From: Nemertoderma westbladi
Taxonomy: Eukaryota > Animalia > Xenacoelomorpha
Length of the DNA: 61,594 bases
Direction: 5' to 3'
NCBI GenBank assembly: GCA_032718475.1
Contig: JAUCBJ010005426.1
Coordinates: 1-61,594 of the forward strand
The notes under the pieces are model-generated. The model saw nothing but the letters and a program-made list of their open reading frames with translations, did no database searches and was not told the origin of the DNA. Shown here piece by piece: positions 25,148 to 37,540 of this stretch. Position 1 is the stretch's first letter. The number at the start of each line of letters is the position of its first letter. Both the position numbers and the translations under genes were made by a program.

Positions 25148-26884
25148 CAGGGTGTTCCACAAAATTTGACACGTTTTTGTTTTTTAATAACTTTGCGCGA
25201 TCTCAAACTAATTCCCTAGTTTTGGTGGCAATTTGAAGCCAAAAGATAAACTTAAACTTTGGTTTGGGTATGGAATATTTTAGTTGCTATGGTAACATAC
25301 ATTATTCACACTAACACTTATTCTGAAAAATAGTATGAAATGTTCTCAGATAATTTATGAGGGAGATGTTGAATATAAGACAAATTTTAAATATTGATCT
25401 AAATTAAGTATTAGTGAAGTCATAGTAATAATCTAAATTTATTTATTCTAGACAACATCATCATTATCTGTAGCTTTAAGTGTGTTTTAATTGTGCATTT
25501 GTTACATATTGGTACGAAAGTTTTCATCATAAATAAGTTTTTTGAGCTGAAATCTGCAAAACTTGTATCACTACAGTATTCCCATAAATATCCTGGAGAA
25601 AGGCGACCTACAAGGAAAGACATATCTAGGATTGTCATTAAATTTCGAAACGAAAAAACGCTTTTGCGTAAGAAAGGTTCCTGAAAGTAAGAAAGTAAGA
25701 AAGGCCCCTTAGTGAAAATGTTGTTAATTATATTGGCCAATATTTAACCGCACACCCAGAAACCTCATTACGTAGAGCATCATTGGCTCTAAATGTTAGT
25801 CTTGGAGGTTTGCATAGGACTGCAAAGAATCTCCACTTTAGAGCTTACAAACTCCAAGTCGTTCATGGACTACAATCCTCAGATTATTCAACAGAGTAGA
25901 AGCCGCTTCTAAAATAGCAGAGTACCTCCATGATAAGGACCTGAGTAACGTGTTCTTCAGCGACGAGGCAACTTTTCATATCAACGGCCAAGTAAACAGA
26001 TGGAATTGTAGGATTTGGGGAAAGGAGAATCCTCATAAAATTGTAGAAAGGTTTAGGGATACCCCAAAGGTTACAGTGTGGGCTGCGATGTCCGAAACCA
26101 AACTAATTGGCCCCTATTTCTTCCCCCATTCTACTGTAAACAGGTTCTCTTACCTAGACTTGCTAAAGGACTACTTTGTTCCCCAGTATCAAATCTCTCC
26201 ACGGCAATCTTCCAACAAGACGGTGCACCACCCCACAGGGGCTATTGGTGAGAGAGTTTCTCAATGAAAACTTTCAGGGACGATGGATCGGTCGAGATGC
26301 TCCTGTAAAGTGGCCGCCACGATCACCAGACATGACTCCCTTGGATTTTAGTCTTTGGGGGCATATGAACGATCTAGAATACGCCCAGAATCTACACAAT
26401 GTTGAGGAACTGAAGACGGCAATTCGGGATGCCTTTAGTTCGTTGTCCAAGGATTACTTCGCTAATTGCTTCAAGGAGATGCGCAGAAGACTGGATCACG
26501 TCCAGCATATTGGAGGAGGACATATTGAAGTGTATTAGTAGTAAATTATTATAATTAATTAAATTAAATTAGTATAAAGTAGTAGTAAACTCATTGTAAA
26601 CTTACCCAATATTAAACTATTTTAGCCCACTACCTATATGTTTCATTATTTCACTAATATGTACAGTTTTATACCTTTATATTTATAGTAAAATTAAGTG
26701 GATAATCAATCTCTTGTTTTATATAGCAACATTAAGTTTCCATAGCAACTAAAACATGCCATACCCAAACCAAAGTTTAAGTTTATCTTTCGGCTTCCGA
26801 TTGCCACCAAAACTAGGAAATTAGGTTGAGATCGCGCAAAGTTATTAAAAAATAAAAACGTGTCAAATTTTGTGGAACACCCTG
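25148..26884 (+). mobile_element. Tc1/mariner-superfamily DNA transposon (DD41D rosa/Visitor-like), full length, ~150-bp TIRs, TA TSD
   Basis: TA|cagggtgttccacaaaatttgacacg ... cgtgtcaaattttgtggaacaccctg|TA. TIR similarity extends to ~25296 and ~26737. Confidence 0.93.
25493..26538 (+). pseudogene. Disrupted DDD transposase
   Basis: Motifs FFSDEATFHING, IGPYFF, FQQDGAPPH (third frame, ~26209-26235) and WPPRSPDMTPLDFSLWG..GGGHIE are split by a stop and frameshifts. The start position is uncertain. Confidence 0.9.
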
Positions 26885-27050
26885 TATAATAATACTATAT
26901 TAATTTGCATGCAGCAATCTTAATGTCTTCTATAATGCTATATCACCAATAATATAGTAATAATATAGGTTCCTGTATTAAATTCCACTCATATTTCAAA
27001 AATAAATTGTAAACTTAATTATAACATTATTGTATAGCTTAAATTCTTAC

Positions 27051-27225
27051 CACGACACTAGATGATTCGTAGTTTTCTTCCGCCATTGCTACTTTGTCAG
27101 CCAAATTAATGAGTTCCTCGTCCGCTGTAATGTTGGGATTGGAACAGAAACCGTGGGTGGATCTGTGCCGGAAGCTGAGTGTGCTGGTGAGTAGTCTCAG
27201 TCTCAAAGATGACCTTGGGGACGAC
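27051..27225 (-). CDS. Exon 4 of large minus-strand gene (SSPRSSLRLRLL...YESSSVV)
   Basis: Acceptor acaacag|G and donor GTG|gtaaga. 175 nt, phase 2-0, open in the frame predicted by the upstream donor. Confidence 0.78.
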
Positions 27226-27359
27226 CTGTTGTATGTACAGTTAATATTACATCAAATAATCGTATATCATAATGGACATGGAGTATGTAGATTGAAAGAG
27301 ACCCGAGTATAGCTGTAGTGAGCTAGAAGGTTGATTGTGCCTTGGGGACCGTTACTGTC

Positions 27360-28565
27360 AGAACTAACCGTTTCTGTAAGAACTAACCGTTTCTATAAGA
27401 ACTAACCGTTTCTATAAGAACTAACCGTTTCTGTAAAAACTAAACGTTTCTATAAAAACCAACCGTTTCTGTAAGAACTAACCGTTTCTGAAAGAACTAA
27501 CCGTTTCTATAAGAACTAACCGTTTCCGTAAGAACTAACCGTTTCTGTAAGAACTAACCGTTTCTGTAAGAACTAACCGTTACTATAAAAACCAACCCTT
27601 TCTGTAAGAACTAACCGTTTCTATAAAAACCAACCGTTTCTGTAAGAAGTAATTAACCGTTTCTATAAGAACTAACCGTTTCTATAAGAACTAACCGTTT
27701 CTATAAGAACTAACCGTTTCTATAAGAACTAACCGTTTCTATAAGAACTAACCGTTTCTGTAAGAACTAACCGTTCCTGTAAGAACTAACCGTTTCTGTA
27801 AGAACTAACCGTTTCTGTAAGAACTAACCGTTTCTATAAGAACTAACCGTTTCTGTAAGAACTAACCGTTTCTGTAAGAACTAACCGTTTCTGTAAGAAC
27901 TAACCGTTTCTGTAAAAACAAACCGTTTCTGTAAGAACTAACCGTTTCTGTAAGAACTAACCGTTTCTGTAAGAACTAACCGTTTCTGTAAGAAGTAATT
28001 AACCGTTTCTATAAGAACTAACCGTTTCTATAAGAACTAACCGTTTCTATAAGAACTAACCGTTTCTATAAGAACTAACCGTTTCTGTAAGAACTAACCG
28101 TTTCTGTAAGAACTAACCGTTTCTGTAAGAACTAACCGTTTCTATAAGAACTAACCGTTTCTATAAAACCAACCGTTTCTGTAAGAAGTAATTAACCGTT
28201 TCTATAAGAACTAACCGTTTCTATAAGAACTAACCGTTTCTATAAGAACGAACCGTTTCTATAAGAACTAACCGTTTCTATAAGAACTAACCGTTTCTGT
28301 AAGAACTAACCGTTCCTGTAAGAACTAACCGTTTCTGTAAGAACTAACCGTTTCTGTAAGAACTAACCGTTTCTATAAGAACTAACCGTTTCTATAAGAA
28401 CTAACCGTTTCTGTAAGAACTAACCGTTTCTGTAAGAACTAACCGTTTCTGTAAAAACCAACCGTTTCTGTAAGAACTAACCGTTTCTGTAAAAACCACC
28501 CGTTTCTGTAAGAACTAACCGTTTCTGTAAAAACCAACCGTTTCTGTAAGAACTAACCGTTTCTT
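27360..28565 (-). repeat. 19-bp minisatellite (minus strand gttagttcttacagaaacg), ~63 copies, derived from an exon/donor junction
   Basis: Directly visible. It fills ~90% of intron 27226-28557, and its first unit overlaps the end of exon 3. Confidence 0.97.
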
Positions 28566-29108
28566 ATTTTTCCCCAAAAAGAACGGAATGGCAATAGTTT
28601 TGGATTTCTTTCGTTTACCGGATTCCCTGACTGGGTTGCTCGCGGCCAGTATATCGGGATGCGATTGGTCAGCTATATCGACCAATCGGGATGCCGAAAC
28701 ATGCGGTGCGCTGGGAGAGCGGCGTCGGTGTCGCGACGAATGACGCCGATCCTCCGCTAGGGGGTGTACGATCTCGGGGATGCTAGTCGTCGAGAAGGAA
28801 GGCGAAATAACCGAAGAGAAATATTTCGAATCCCCGGAAATATCGATCATTGATTGGCTAACGTGAAGTGGTTTGAAGTCCGGGGAATATTCGTCTACTT
28901 GTCCGGTAGACGGACAAGGGTAACGCCCCCTAGCGATGGGACGCGGGGAACGGTTAGGGGAGGAGAGTAGCGGGAGGGGGTACAGTTGGTCCTCCGATAG
29001 ACCTTGGTCTGTGTCTCTGGGGTCACTGTCCCGTAGGTCAGGTACACTTGAGTTTATGTAGGATCTACCGCTGCTGTTTAATGCCAATGATGACGTCGAG
29101 GTGTGCAT
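28558..29108 (-). CDS. Exon 3 of large minus-strand gene (MHTSTSS...FLGKNKK-R)
   Basis: Acceptor ttgttgcag|ATG and donor AAACG|gttagt (phase 2). GC-rich open frame. Confidence 0.8.
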
Positions 29109-29501
29109 CTGCAACAATCGATATTGTGAACAAAGTTTGAGAATGAAATATTTATCTTATATAATCTGGTTTATTTAATAAAGTTTAGCAACGTATTCTA
29201 TACAGAAAAGGAAAGCAATTGAGAAAACTTATTTATTTTATTTCTAACAGAAAGTAATTATTGTAAAGAGAGGGGAATGACGCGCTACTAGAACGCGTAT
29301 AGCGCTGGTTCAACCCCCGGTGACTTGCACTCCTCATTTCTTCCAGTAAAATATCTTGGAACAAATAAATATATTTGGTGCACTTACAGTACTAACTCTG
29401 ATTTTGTATAAACAGTTTGATTATTTCAACACCTATATAAACTGGTGGTCCTGCGAATTATTGTAACCCCCAGGTTCACTACTCCCACAACCTTCACTTA
29501 C

Positions 29502-30924
29502 ACTCTCTATGTCCGCATCCTCGCCGTCCGACTCCGAACCTCCGATAATCTCCGATATGAGGGGCGTGTAGTAGTGCGCCTCTAGCGGGTAGGTCTCTCC
29601 GAAACTCAGCTGTCTGGGGCTCCCGTTGGCGGCGCCAGTGTGGCGGAGTTCCCTCGGGCTGGAACGCCGTTGGAACGAGCCGTTCCATCTCATTATCTTG
29701 CGTTCCGTCGGCCCCTGGATCCCGGGTTCGCTGTGTCGACGACGTCGTTTATCGAACCGCCGCGCGATGGAGCCGGCGGAGGCGGGGGCGCGCGGTGGGG
29801 CCGGCGCGCCCTGCCGGTAGGGGGCGTGCATCGGGTTGCTGCGACTCCGCAGCCGGTCAAACGGAGCGTCGAGGCCGGCGGGTTCGGCGACCGCACTGCC
29901 GACGGCGAGGAGAGTGTCTGCGAGACCGAAGTGCGCGTCCAACACCGGACATTCCGCACTCACCCGGAGTGTGTCCGGAACCTCCGGACGAACCGCAACC
30001 GGCTGGCCGCCGCACTCCACGATGGGTGAGAGTTCCGGAGCCGGGAAGTAGGTGGCGTCGGGATGTACCCCCCAGCCGGACTCCGTACCGAGTCCGACTC
30101 CGGGGACGTCCACGAATATATTGCGAATGTCTTCGATACCGTCGTCGGACAAATCGTTTACCGACGACGAGAATTCCGTCGTAGCAAAACTAACGGCGAC
30201 GAATTCCGCTTCAACTCGACTCTCCGACACGATAGTAGAAGCTTCCTTGCTTCCACTAATCCCTTCTAGAACTTCCACCTCGTCGTCCAACTCATTATCT
30301 TCGAGAGGAACGCAATCAATCTCTTCAATGTCCTCGAAGCTGCTGTTACTGACACTGCTGAGAGCGGATTCGAGTTTCCGACGGCCCAATAGCGCGGCTA
30401 GCGGGTTCGCGAACGGTTTGGGTCGACTAAACGGCGCGCTGGGAAGAGAAAACCGGTGCGCCGGAACCGGGGTTACGTCATTGGACCCGTCGTCGGTGAC
30501 GTCATCGTATGACTCGACGCTGCTGGACTCGTCGCCATCTAGAGATTGAAGGTTGAACTCGCTAGCGCAGCGTGGCGAGTTGTTTATCGGGATGCTGGTC
30601 ACCGATTCCAACTCGCTCACCTCGTCAGTGCAGGCCCGCTGGGATTGGTCGTCGTCCTTGGCAACTATGTTGGAATCCGATTGGCTCCTGGGTAGACTAG
30701 AGGGGAACTCCGGCCAATCGGTAATAAGTCGGTAATCCGCCACCGAGTGTCGCCTTCTACTGCGGTTAGTTGCCTTAGTAACGGGATCCATTGCCAGCGA
30801 CGCATTCCAACAGCAGTCGCTAGAGGCGCCAAGTACATAACCGTCTAGTGGGCTAGCCAATGGCTCGGTAACAGAGACTCCGTCGGACCAGAGGCCTGTA
30901 ATACCTTGGCAGTTATTGACAAAA
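29502..30924 (-). CDS. Exon 2 of large minus-strand gene (~474 codons, Ser/acidic/Arg-rich, likely disordered)
   Basis: Lies within the 510-codon ORF. Acceptor tttttttgcttctag|T (phase 2) and donor AGT|gtaagt (phase 0). Contains RRxS motifs (RRRHSV, RRRHSE). No domain recognised. Confidence 0.82.
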
Positions 30925-32162
30925 CTAGAAGCAAAAAAACAATCGATCTCAAGAGAAAATAGCAAAAAATATATAATAAATAAAATATGTAAAATTGTAA
31001 ATATAAATAGTAGGGTAAGATACCCAGACAGCCAGAGGTCAAAAATGTAACGAGAAACTACAGTTAGTCAAACAAAGTGAGAATATTTATAAGAATTATC
31101 TCTACCATAAACAGAATTCAGTAATTATAAGGGAAACTGATTACCGGTATATTGAAAATTCAACCAATTAATGTAATTTAGTTTAAAAAAAAAATTACTG
31201 GAATTATAATTAATAATTAGTATCCGTGTCATTAAATTGACCGTTTGGAGCTCCAAATAGCTGAATAGGCGTGTCTCCTGTGACATTCATTAAGAAATAA
31301 TCTCCAGTTACTAATACTATCGGTATATAATATAAGTTACAAAATGTTTGTAAATAATACAAAACTTGTATCAAAGTAACAATCAATACTCATAGGAGCG
31401 TAAAGTTAATCCCTCACACAAAAGTGGCTAACCTTCAGCAAAGGTATGAAATAATGATGGCCACAAAATAGTTATATATAGAACCGGAACTAGCGATATA
31501 AACCCTCCCCTTACACACAGCTGAGAGCTTGCGGTATAACTTTAATTGAGCAATGTACCGTTGTATCGAGGCTATTGGCAACCAACTAAAGAATCAAATT
31601 AACTTCACTTTCGGTCCATCAACTGCGGCTGATGTATGCCAACTGTAAAGTAATGCAAAGGGTTGCGCGTATCCCTATCCATATATTGCCATTGTTCTGG
31701 CGACACAGTAGGGAGCCGAACAACTTACTATATATTTGATTATAAACTACATATACGGTAAGTGTCCCGTCAACTTTGTTCTTAAATCGCGTTCACACGC
31801 TATTCAACCTTAACGAAACTGCGACGTGAAGTCTGAATAAGTAATGAGTGGATATAATCAACATTATTTTATTATCCCGTTTAAATATTATATAATCACA
31901 GGAGGGAATAGCGCAATCACATTTATAAATCAAATACTATAAATTCAGCCTAATATTCATTCAGTATACAAGGTGATAGTTGGAGCTGAATCAGCTGATC
32001 TAATCAATCATTACGGTACCGTTAACTACACCCAGACTCACAACACGACTAACTAACTAAGCAACTGAAACCTCATATCTATTTATTATATTAATGGTAT
32101 TAATTACGGGGATAAATAATACCATAAATTAAGCGAACAATATTTGATAAAAACTAACTCAC

Positions 32163-32635
32163 CTGTCATTACCCACAACGTCTTTCGACTCGTGGTGTAA
32201 AGATTCACAATCGAAATTATCATGATTCATCGACACATTTTCCGACATATATCCTTCTCCTAAACCCCAGGAACCTTCGCCAACAACGCCGTTCACAGCG
32301 GGACATCTGATCTCTGCAATAGCCAGATCTGTCTCCTCGCATTCATCACTGACCTTATAACTATGAACCCCCTCAATGGCTACATGTGCGAGTCCCATAT
32401 TGTCCACCCTTTCAGGCGATATATCGGAATTGGGACGTTTCACGGTTAATTTACTGACGTAGGTTATCAGCACGGGAGAACTTCCGTAAGGACATAGTTC
32501 ATTGGGCAGCTCGTACGGGCCCTCAAACATTTCGTTGTCGATGCCATCGAAGGGCGCCCCCGAACCAACGCTGTTGCTAAGTGCCTCAGAGTGGTCTACG
32601 TTGCCGTACCAACACCGTTTAAACGAATTTCCCAT
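32163..32635 (-). CDS. First coding exon of large minus-strand gene (MGNSFKRCWYGN...)
   Basis: ATG-initiated ORF ending at donor GACAG|gtgagt (phase 2), which matches the next acceptor. Confidence 0.78.
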
Positions 32636-33572
32636 CCATGCACAGTTCTTGAATAATGAATTACGAAAATCATAATCAAAATCAATTACATTATTAACAG
32701 ATTATACAGTTCAGCAGTTATATTACAGTATTAGGCCTACAGTCAGACAGTATTACGGGTACCTATATTTAAACCTTACCGTCAGACCGTCGTACTGTCG
32801 TAGGCGCAGCAGATGCCAGCCTGCCAGCTTCCAGTTTCCTGATTTCGCTAAGCAGCTAAGCTGTGTCCCTGCTGCCCTGACCCGGCACCCTGCAGCCCTG
32901 TGTCCAACGAAAATTATAATATTACAATTACAGACCCTCAGACATGGCAGCATGCTGGCATGGGTAATATCACATTTGAGGCACAGGCCGCACAGCACAC
33001 AGTGGTAAGAACCACAATGAATAATTTTTTTTTATTCTATGAAGTTACACATAGTCTGATAGTGCGTAGGTCCGAGAGTGTTTGTGTGAAATTTGAGACA
33101 AATTGGTCCAAAAATGGCCACTGGCAGACTGGGGAATAAAGGTGTTTGTCACTGTGCCTCAAATGTGATAGAACCATGACCAAGCCAAGTACCAACTATT
33201 GCAACAACAAACTACCGCACTACCCACTACCTGACTACCGGTACTGTGTATCATTCATCATTGTAAATATTGGAATATTGATTATATTCGACTGGCAGAC
33301 TGGAAGACTGCGCTTCCTACATTCAAACATACCTGACCCAGTGACCAGAGACACTATCTGACTATTGCCAGATTGCAGTTAGCTAATGCAGTATTCTGGT
33401 ATTGGCAGTGATTCAGCAGTTCAGTGTCAGTGAGTACCATATTGTAGCTTATTAAGCCAGTGATAGTGATGTACCCTGTAGAATTTAAACAACAGTCAAC
33501 AGCGCAAGGAAGTCAGCGCTCAGTGCTCGCTGCATTGCAACATTGGATTTTCCCAGAGTTAGCTACATAATA

Positions 33573-34592
33573 CTAGAACGCCATCAAGATGGCTTTAAAC
33601 GAACCTGTCTTACACAGACTCCAAGAAACAGATGGGATTGGAAGATGCAAACCAAGAATGACTTGCATCAACCAAAAAACTGCCTCCCATCTAATGTAAT
33701 ACACATTCGCCTAGGCAAACAAATCATAATCACAATTACTACGATGATGTGTGAAATGGTATCCATATCCGCAACCTGAGAAACGGCCCAAAAGAGCAGT
33801 TTATTCTGCGGAGGGGTCTTTTCTGTATTAGATAAATAAAATAAAGAACACTATAATTACAGTATTTATACCTGATACATTCTCAGTTAGCCTAATAAAA
33901 ACATCGGAGCAACCAATATAATGTACATGTACAAGCATCCTATGAAAGTTTGTGAAATGTTCCCTTAAGTCTACCCAACAGCCGTTGGTACCCGGCTGGC
34001 AGCCACCCTGGTTCAGTTTTATGGTTTTGTTAGTTTAATCGACAGCTGTTGTAAACGTCCCAGATATACAAAACCTACTAAGCCTTTGCATTCCAATTGA
34101 GCTTAGCCTAAGTTGATGACAGTATTATAACGATGACAATTAGGCCCTATAGATACATACGATATATAAATGATGTACTGCTTGACATTACACTAACTGG
34201 CTGAATAGAGATAGAACTATAATAATACGTTTGGCATTCTGTCAGATTTCAGTAGTAAGTAACCTCATAATAATTGCTAAATATCAATCACCTGAAAAAC
34301 ATTTCAAGCAAGGGAGTTGTGGGTATTTAATTTCGCGTTCAATAATGTTGAAAATATGCAAATATTTCGAATATCGCACTTCGAATCGTTCCCAACTTTT
34401 TTATTCAACAACTAGACAACAATTGATAAATACTTGCGTTTACAATTTTACAATGCATGCAAGTGGTTTCAAGCCATTTGGTGAACATACATAGTGACAT
34501 ATATAGTGATATAGGTAAATATATATATCCATCGTGTTTTTGCCGGCCTCAGCTTTAGACAAAAACTACCCAGTCTAAAGACAGGTTCGTTA
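33573..34592 (-). mobile_element. Complete ~1.0-kb non-autonomous Helitron/Helentron-like element (AACGAACCTG subfamily)
   Basis: Perfect 14-bp asymmetric subTIR aacgaacctgtctt (33598-33611) / aagacaggttcgtt (34578-34591). The 3' hairpin gccatc-aa-gatggc is followed by CTAG. Inserted A|T with no TSD. The 3' ~70 bp are repeated inverted at 40128-40198. Confidence 0.8.
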
Positions 34593-35384
34593 TAACAAAC
34601 ACCACATACCAACGGTCCAATGATTCCATCATCCCAATATTGCCACCAGATCCTGTGACTTTTATTGGCAGATCCATATGGAAATTGGTTGTTGTTGAGT
34701 TCACGGAAACAGCTATTCAATCTAATATCAATCATTATCTTAAAATAAATTTCAGTGTTGTGAAGGAGAAGGAATAAGGATTTAAGAACATTTTATGGAA
34801 TTGGAAAATTTAAATTTATCATAATATTGGAAGGATCAACTAAGACATTTTGTTTGTCACCACAAGGTAGCTAACAACTCCAGTCAATATTTATTACATC
34901 CAACTGTCCAAGGTTAATGCCGATATATACTGTAAGAATTATATCATACACATAAAAAATCGTTTTAAAATTAAATAACGAAGACAGGAAGAGGTGAGGA
35001 TGAGAGGTATTAGTTATTGAGGTTACCCGTACCCAAGACACACTCGTATGTACTGTATTAATTAGCTGATGGTCATTTACGAGGGATAAAATCAATATCT
35101 ACTGTGGAAATATAAGATAATGAAATCGTTGATATTGATTGGTTCTGGTTGCGTCTTGTGTGGCCAGTTTTGGTACAATTAATCTCACGCAGTCTCGAAC
35201 ATACTAGGCTTATGCCCACTTTACATTAAATAAAAATATGTATGCCATATAACATTAAAGTTTGCTATTCCATTAGCAAATTTATATTAATTTGATATTA
35301 CATAAAGCACAACAGATAACATAGAGAATCAACTTCTAAAAACATCGAAATGGAAGGGAAATGTAGCAAACTGGGTTGGAGGGA

Positions 35385-37083
35385 TAATAACGAACCTGCC
35401 TCTTAATAGAGGCCAGGGCAGTTTTTGTAATAACGAACCTGCCTATTAATAGGCCAGGGTAGTTTTTGTCATAACGAACCTGCCTCTTAATAGAGGCCAG
35501 GGTAGTTTTTGTAATAACGAACCTGCCTCTTAATAGAGGCCAGGGTAGTTTTTGTAATAACGAACCTGCCTATTAATAGGCCAGGGTAGTTTTTGTCATA
35601 ACGAACCTGCCTCTTAATAGAGGCCAGGGTAGTTTTTGTAATAACGAACCTGCCTCTTAATAGAGGCCAGGGTAGTTTTTGTAATAACGAACCTGCCCCT
35701 TAATAGAGGCCAGGGTAGTTTTTGTAATAACGAACCTGCCTCTTAATAGAGGCCAGGGTAGTTTTTGTAATAACGAACCTGCCTATTAATAGGCCAGGGT
35801 AGTTTTTGTCATAACGAACCTGCCTCTTAATAGAGGCCAGGGTAGTTTTTGTAATAACGAACCTGCCTCTTAATAGAGGCCAGGGTAGTTTTTGTAATAA
35901 CGAACCTGCCCCTTAATAGAGGCCAGGGTAGTTTTTGTAATAACGAACCTGCCTCTTAATAGAGGCCAGGGTAGTTTTTGTAATAACGAACCTGCCTCTT
36001 AATAGAGGCCAGGGTAGTTTTTGTAATAACGAACCTGCCTATTAATAGGCCAGGGTAGTTTTTGTCATAACGAACCTGCCTCTTAATAGAGGCCAGGGTA
36101 GTTTTTGTAATAACGAACCTGCCTCTTAATAGAGGCCAGGGTAGTTTTGTAATAACGAACCTGCCCCTTAATAGAGGCCAGGGTAGTTTTTGTAATAACG
36201 AACCTGCCTCTTAATAGAGGCCAGGGTAGTTTTTGTAATAACGAACCTGCCTCTTAATAGAGGCCAGGGTAGTTTTTGTAATAACGAACCTGCCTCTTAA
36301 TAGAGGCCAGGGTAGTTTTTGTAATAACGAACCTGCCTCTTAATAGAGGCCAGGGTAGTTTTTGTAATAACGAACCTGCCTATTAATAGGCCAGGGTAGT
36401 TTTTGTCATAACGAACCTGCCTCTTAATAGAGGCCAGGGTAGTTTTTGTAATAACGAACCTGCCTCTTAATAGAGGCCAGGGTAGTTTTTGTAATAACGA
36501 ACCTGTCCCTTAATAGAGGCCAGGGTAGTTTTTGTAATAACGAACCTGCCTCTTAATAGAGGCCAGGGTAGTTTTTGTAATAACGAACCTGCCTCTTAAT
36601 AGAGGCCAGGGTAGTTTTTGTAATAACGAACCTGCCTCTTAATAGAGGCCAGGGTAGTTTTTGTCATAACGAACCTGCCTCTTAATAGAGGCCAGGGTAG
36701 TTTTTGTAATAACGAACCTGCCTCTTAATAGAGGCCAGGGTAGTTTTTGTAATAACGAACCTGCCTCTTAATAGAGGCCAGGGTAGTTTTTGTAATAACG
36801 AACCTGCCTCTTAATAGAGGCCAGGGTAGTTTTTGTCATAACGAACCTGCCTATTAATAGAGGCCAGGGTAGTTTTTGTAATAACGAACCTGCCTCTTAA
36901 TAGAGGCCAGGGTAGTTTTTGTAATAACGAACCTGCCTCTTAATAGAGGCCAGGGTAGTTTTTGTAATAACGAACCTGCCTCTTAATAGAGGCCAGGGTA
37001 GTTTTTGTAATAACGAACCTGCCTCTTAATAGAGGCCAGGGTAGTTTTTGTCATAACGAACCTGCCTATTAATAGGCCAGGGT
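35385..37083 (+). repeat. 43/41-bp tandem array (~40 copies) of a Helitron-like 5' terminus
   Basis: Unit taataacgaacctgcctcttaatagaggccagggtagtttttg, homologous to the 5' end of element 33573-34592 (taacgaacctgtctttagactgggtagtttttgtc). Confidence 0.95.
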
Positions 37084-37503
37084 AGTGTTTGTCAAGAGTT
37101 GAGCCGTTCAAAAACACAATGTGGTGGGGTGTGCGTGTGTGTGTATAACCATCCAATATCTCAAAAACTCAAGCAGGTTCGCAAAAATTTTAATAACAAA
37201 CTCTACATAAATTTTGGTTGCGCACAAGACTGCATATTTTTTGTGGCGTTTCGATCACGGGGTCACTGAAAAATAGCGGTTTTGAAGATGTAATGTCGAA
37301 TTTCACCGATTTCAACTCGTCGAGTATGTACCAACTTTTTTATTTGGGCTATTCAGTCATTTGAGCAACATATTTGAGCCTCAGAATCTTTTCAAATATC
37401 GCCAATCTCGCACAGAACGTCACCAAAATTTGTTAGCCCGGCAAAAAAACGCAATAATTCGTCTAAAAGAGTAAATTATTGGTTGCGTATTAATATGATT
37501 CAA

Positions 37504-37540
37504 CTAGAAAAGCCAGCCAGCTGGCTATAAGAAGACCGTC
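37504..37540 (-). mobile_element. Orphan Helitron-like 3' end nested in opposite orientation
   Basis: Minus strand reads agccagctggctggcttttCTAG|t, the same hairpin+CTAG design as 48991-49014. Confidence 0.45.

Noticed and set aside
29494-30735. Multiple overlapping and antisense ORFs over exon 2
   Set aside because: Expected shadow ORFs of a GC-rich coding exon, with no independent evidence.
35385-37083. CRISPR-like palindromic repeats
   Set aside because: Units are contiguous with no unique spacers, there are no cas genes, the context is eukaryotic, and it is explained as a transposon terminus.
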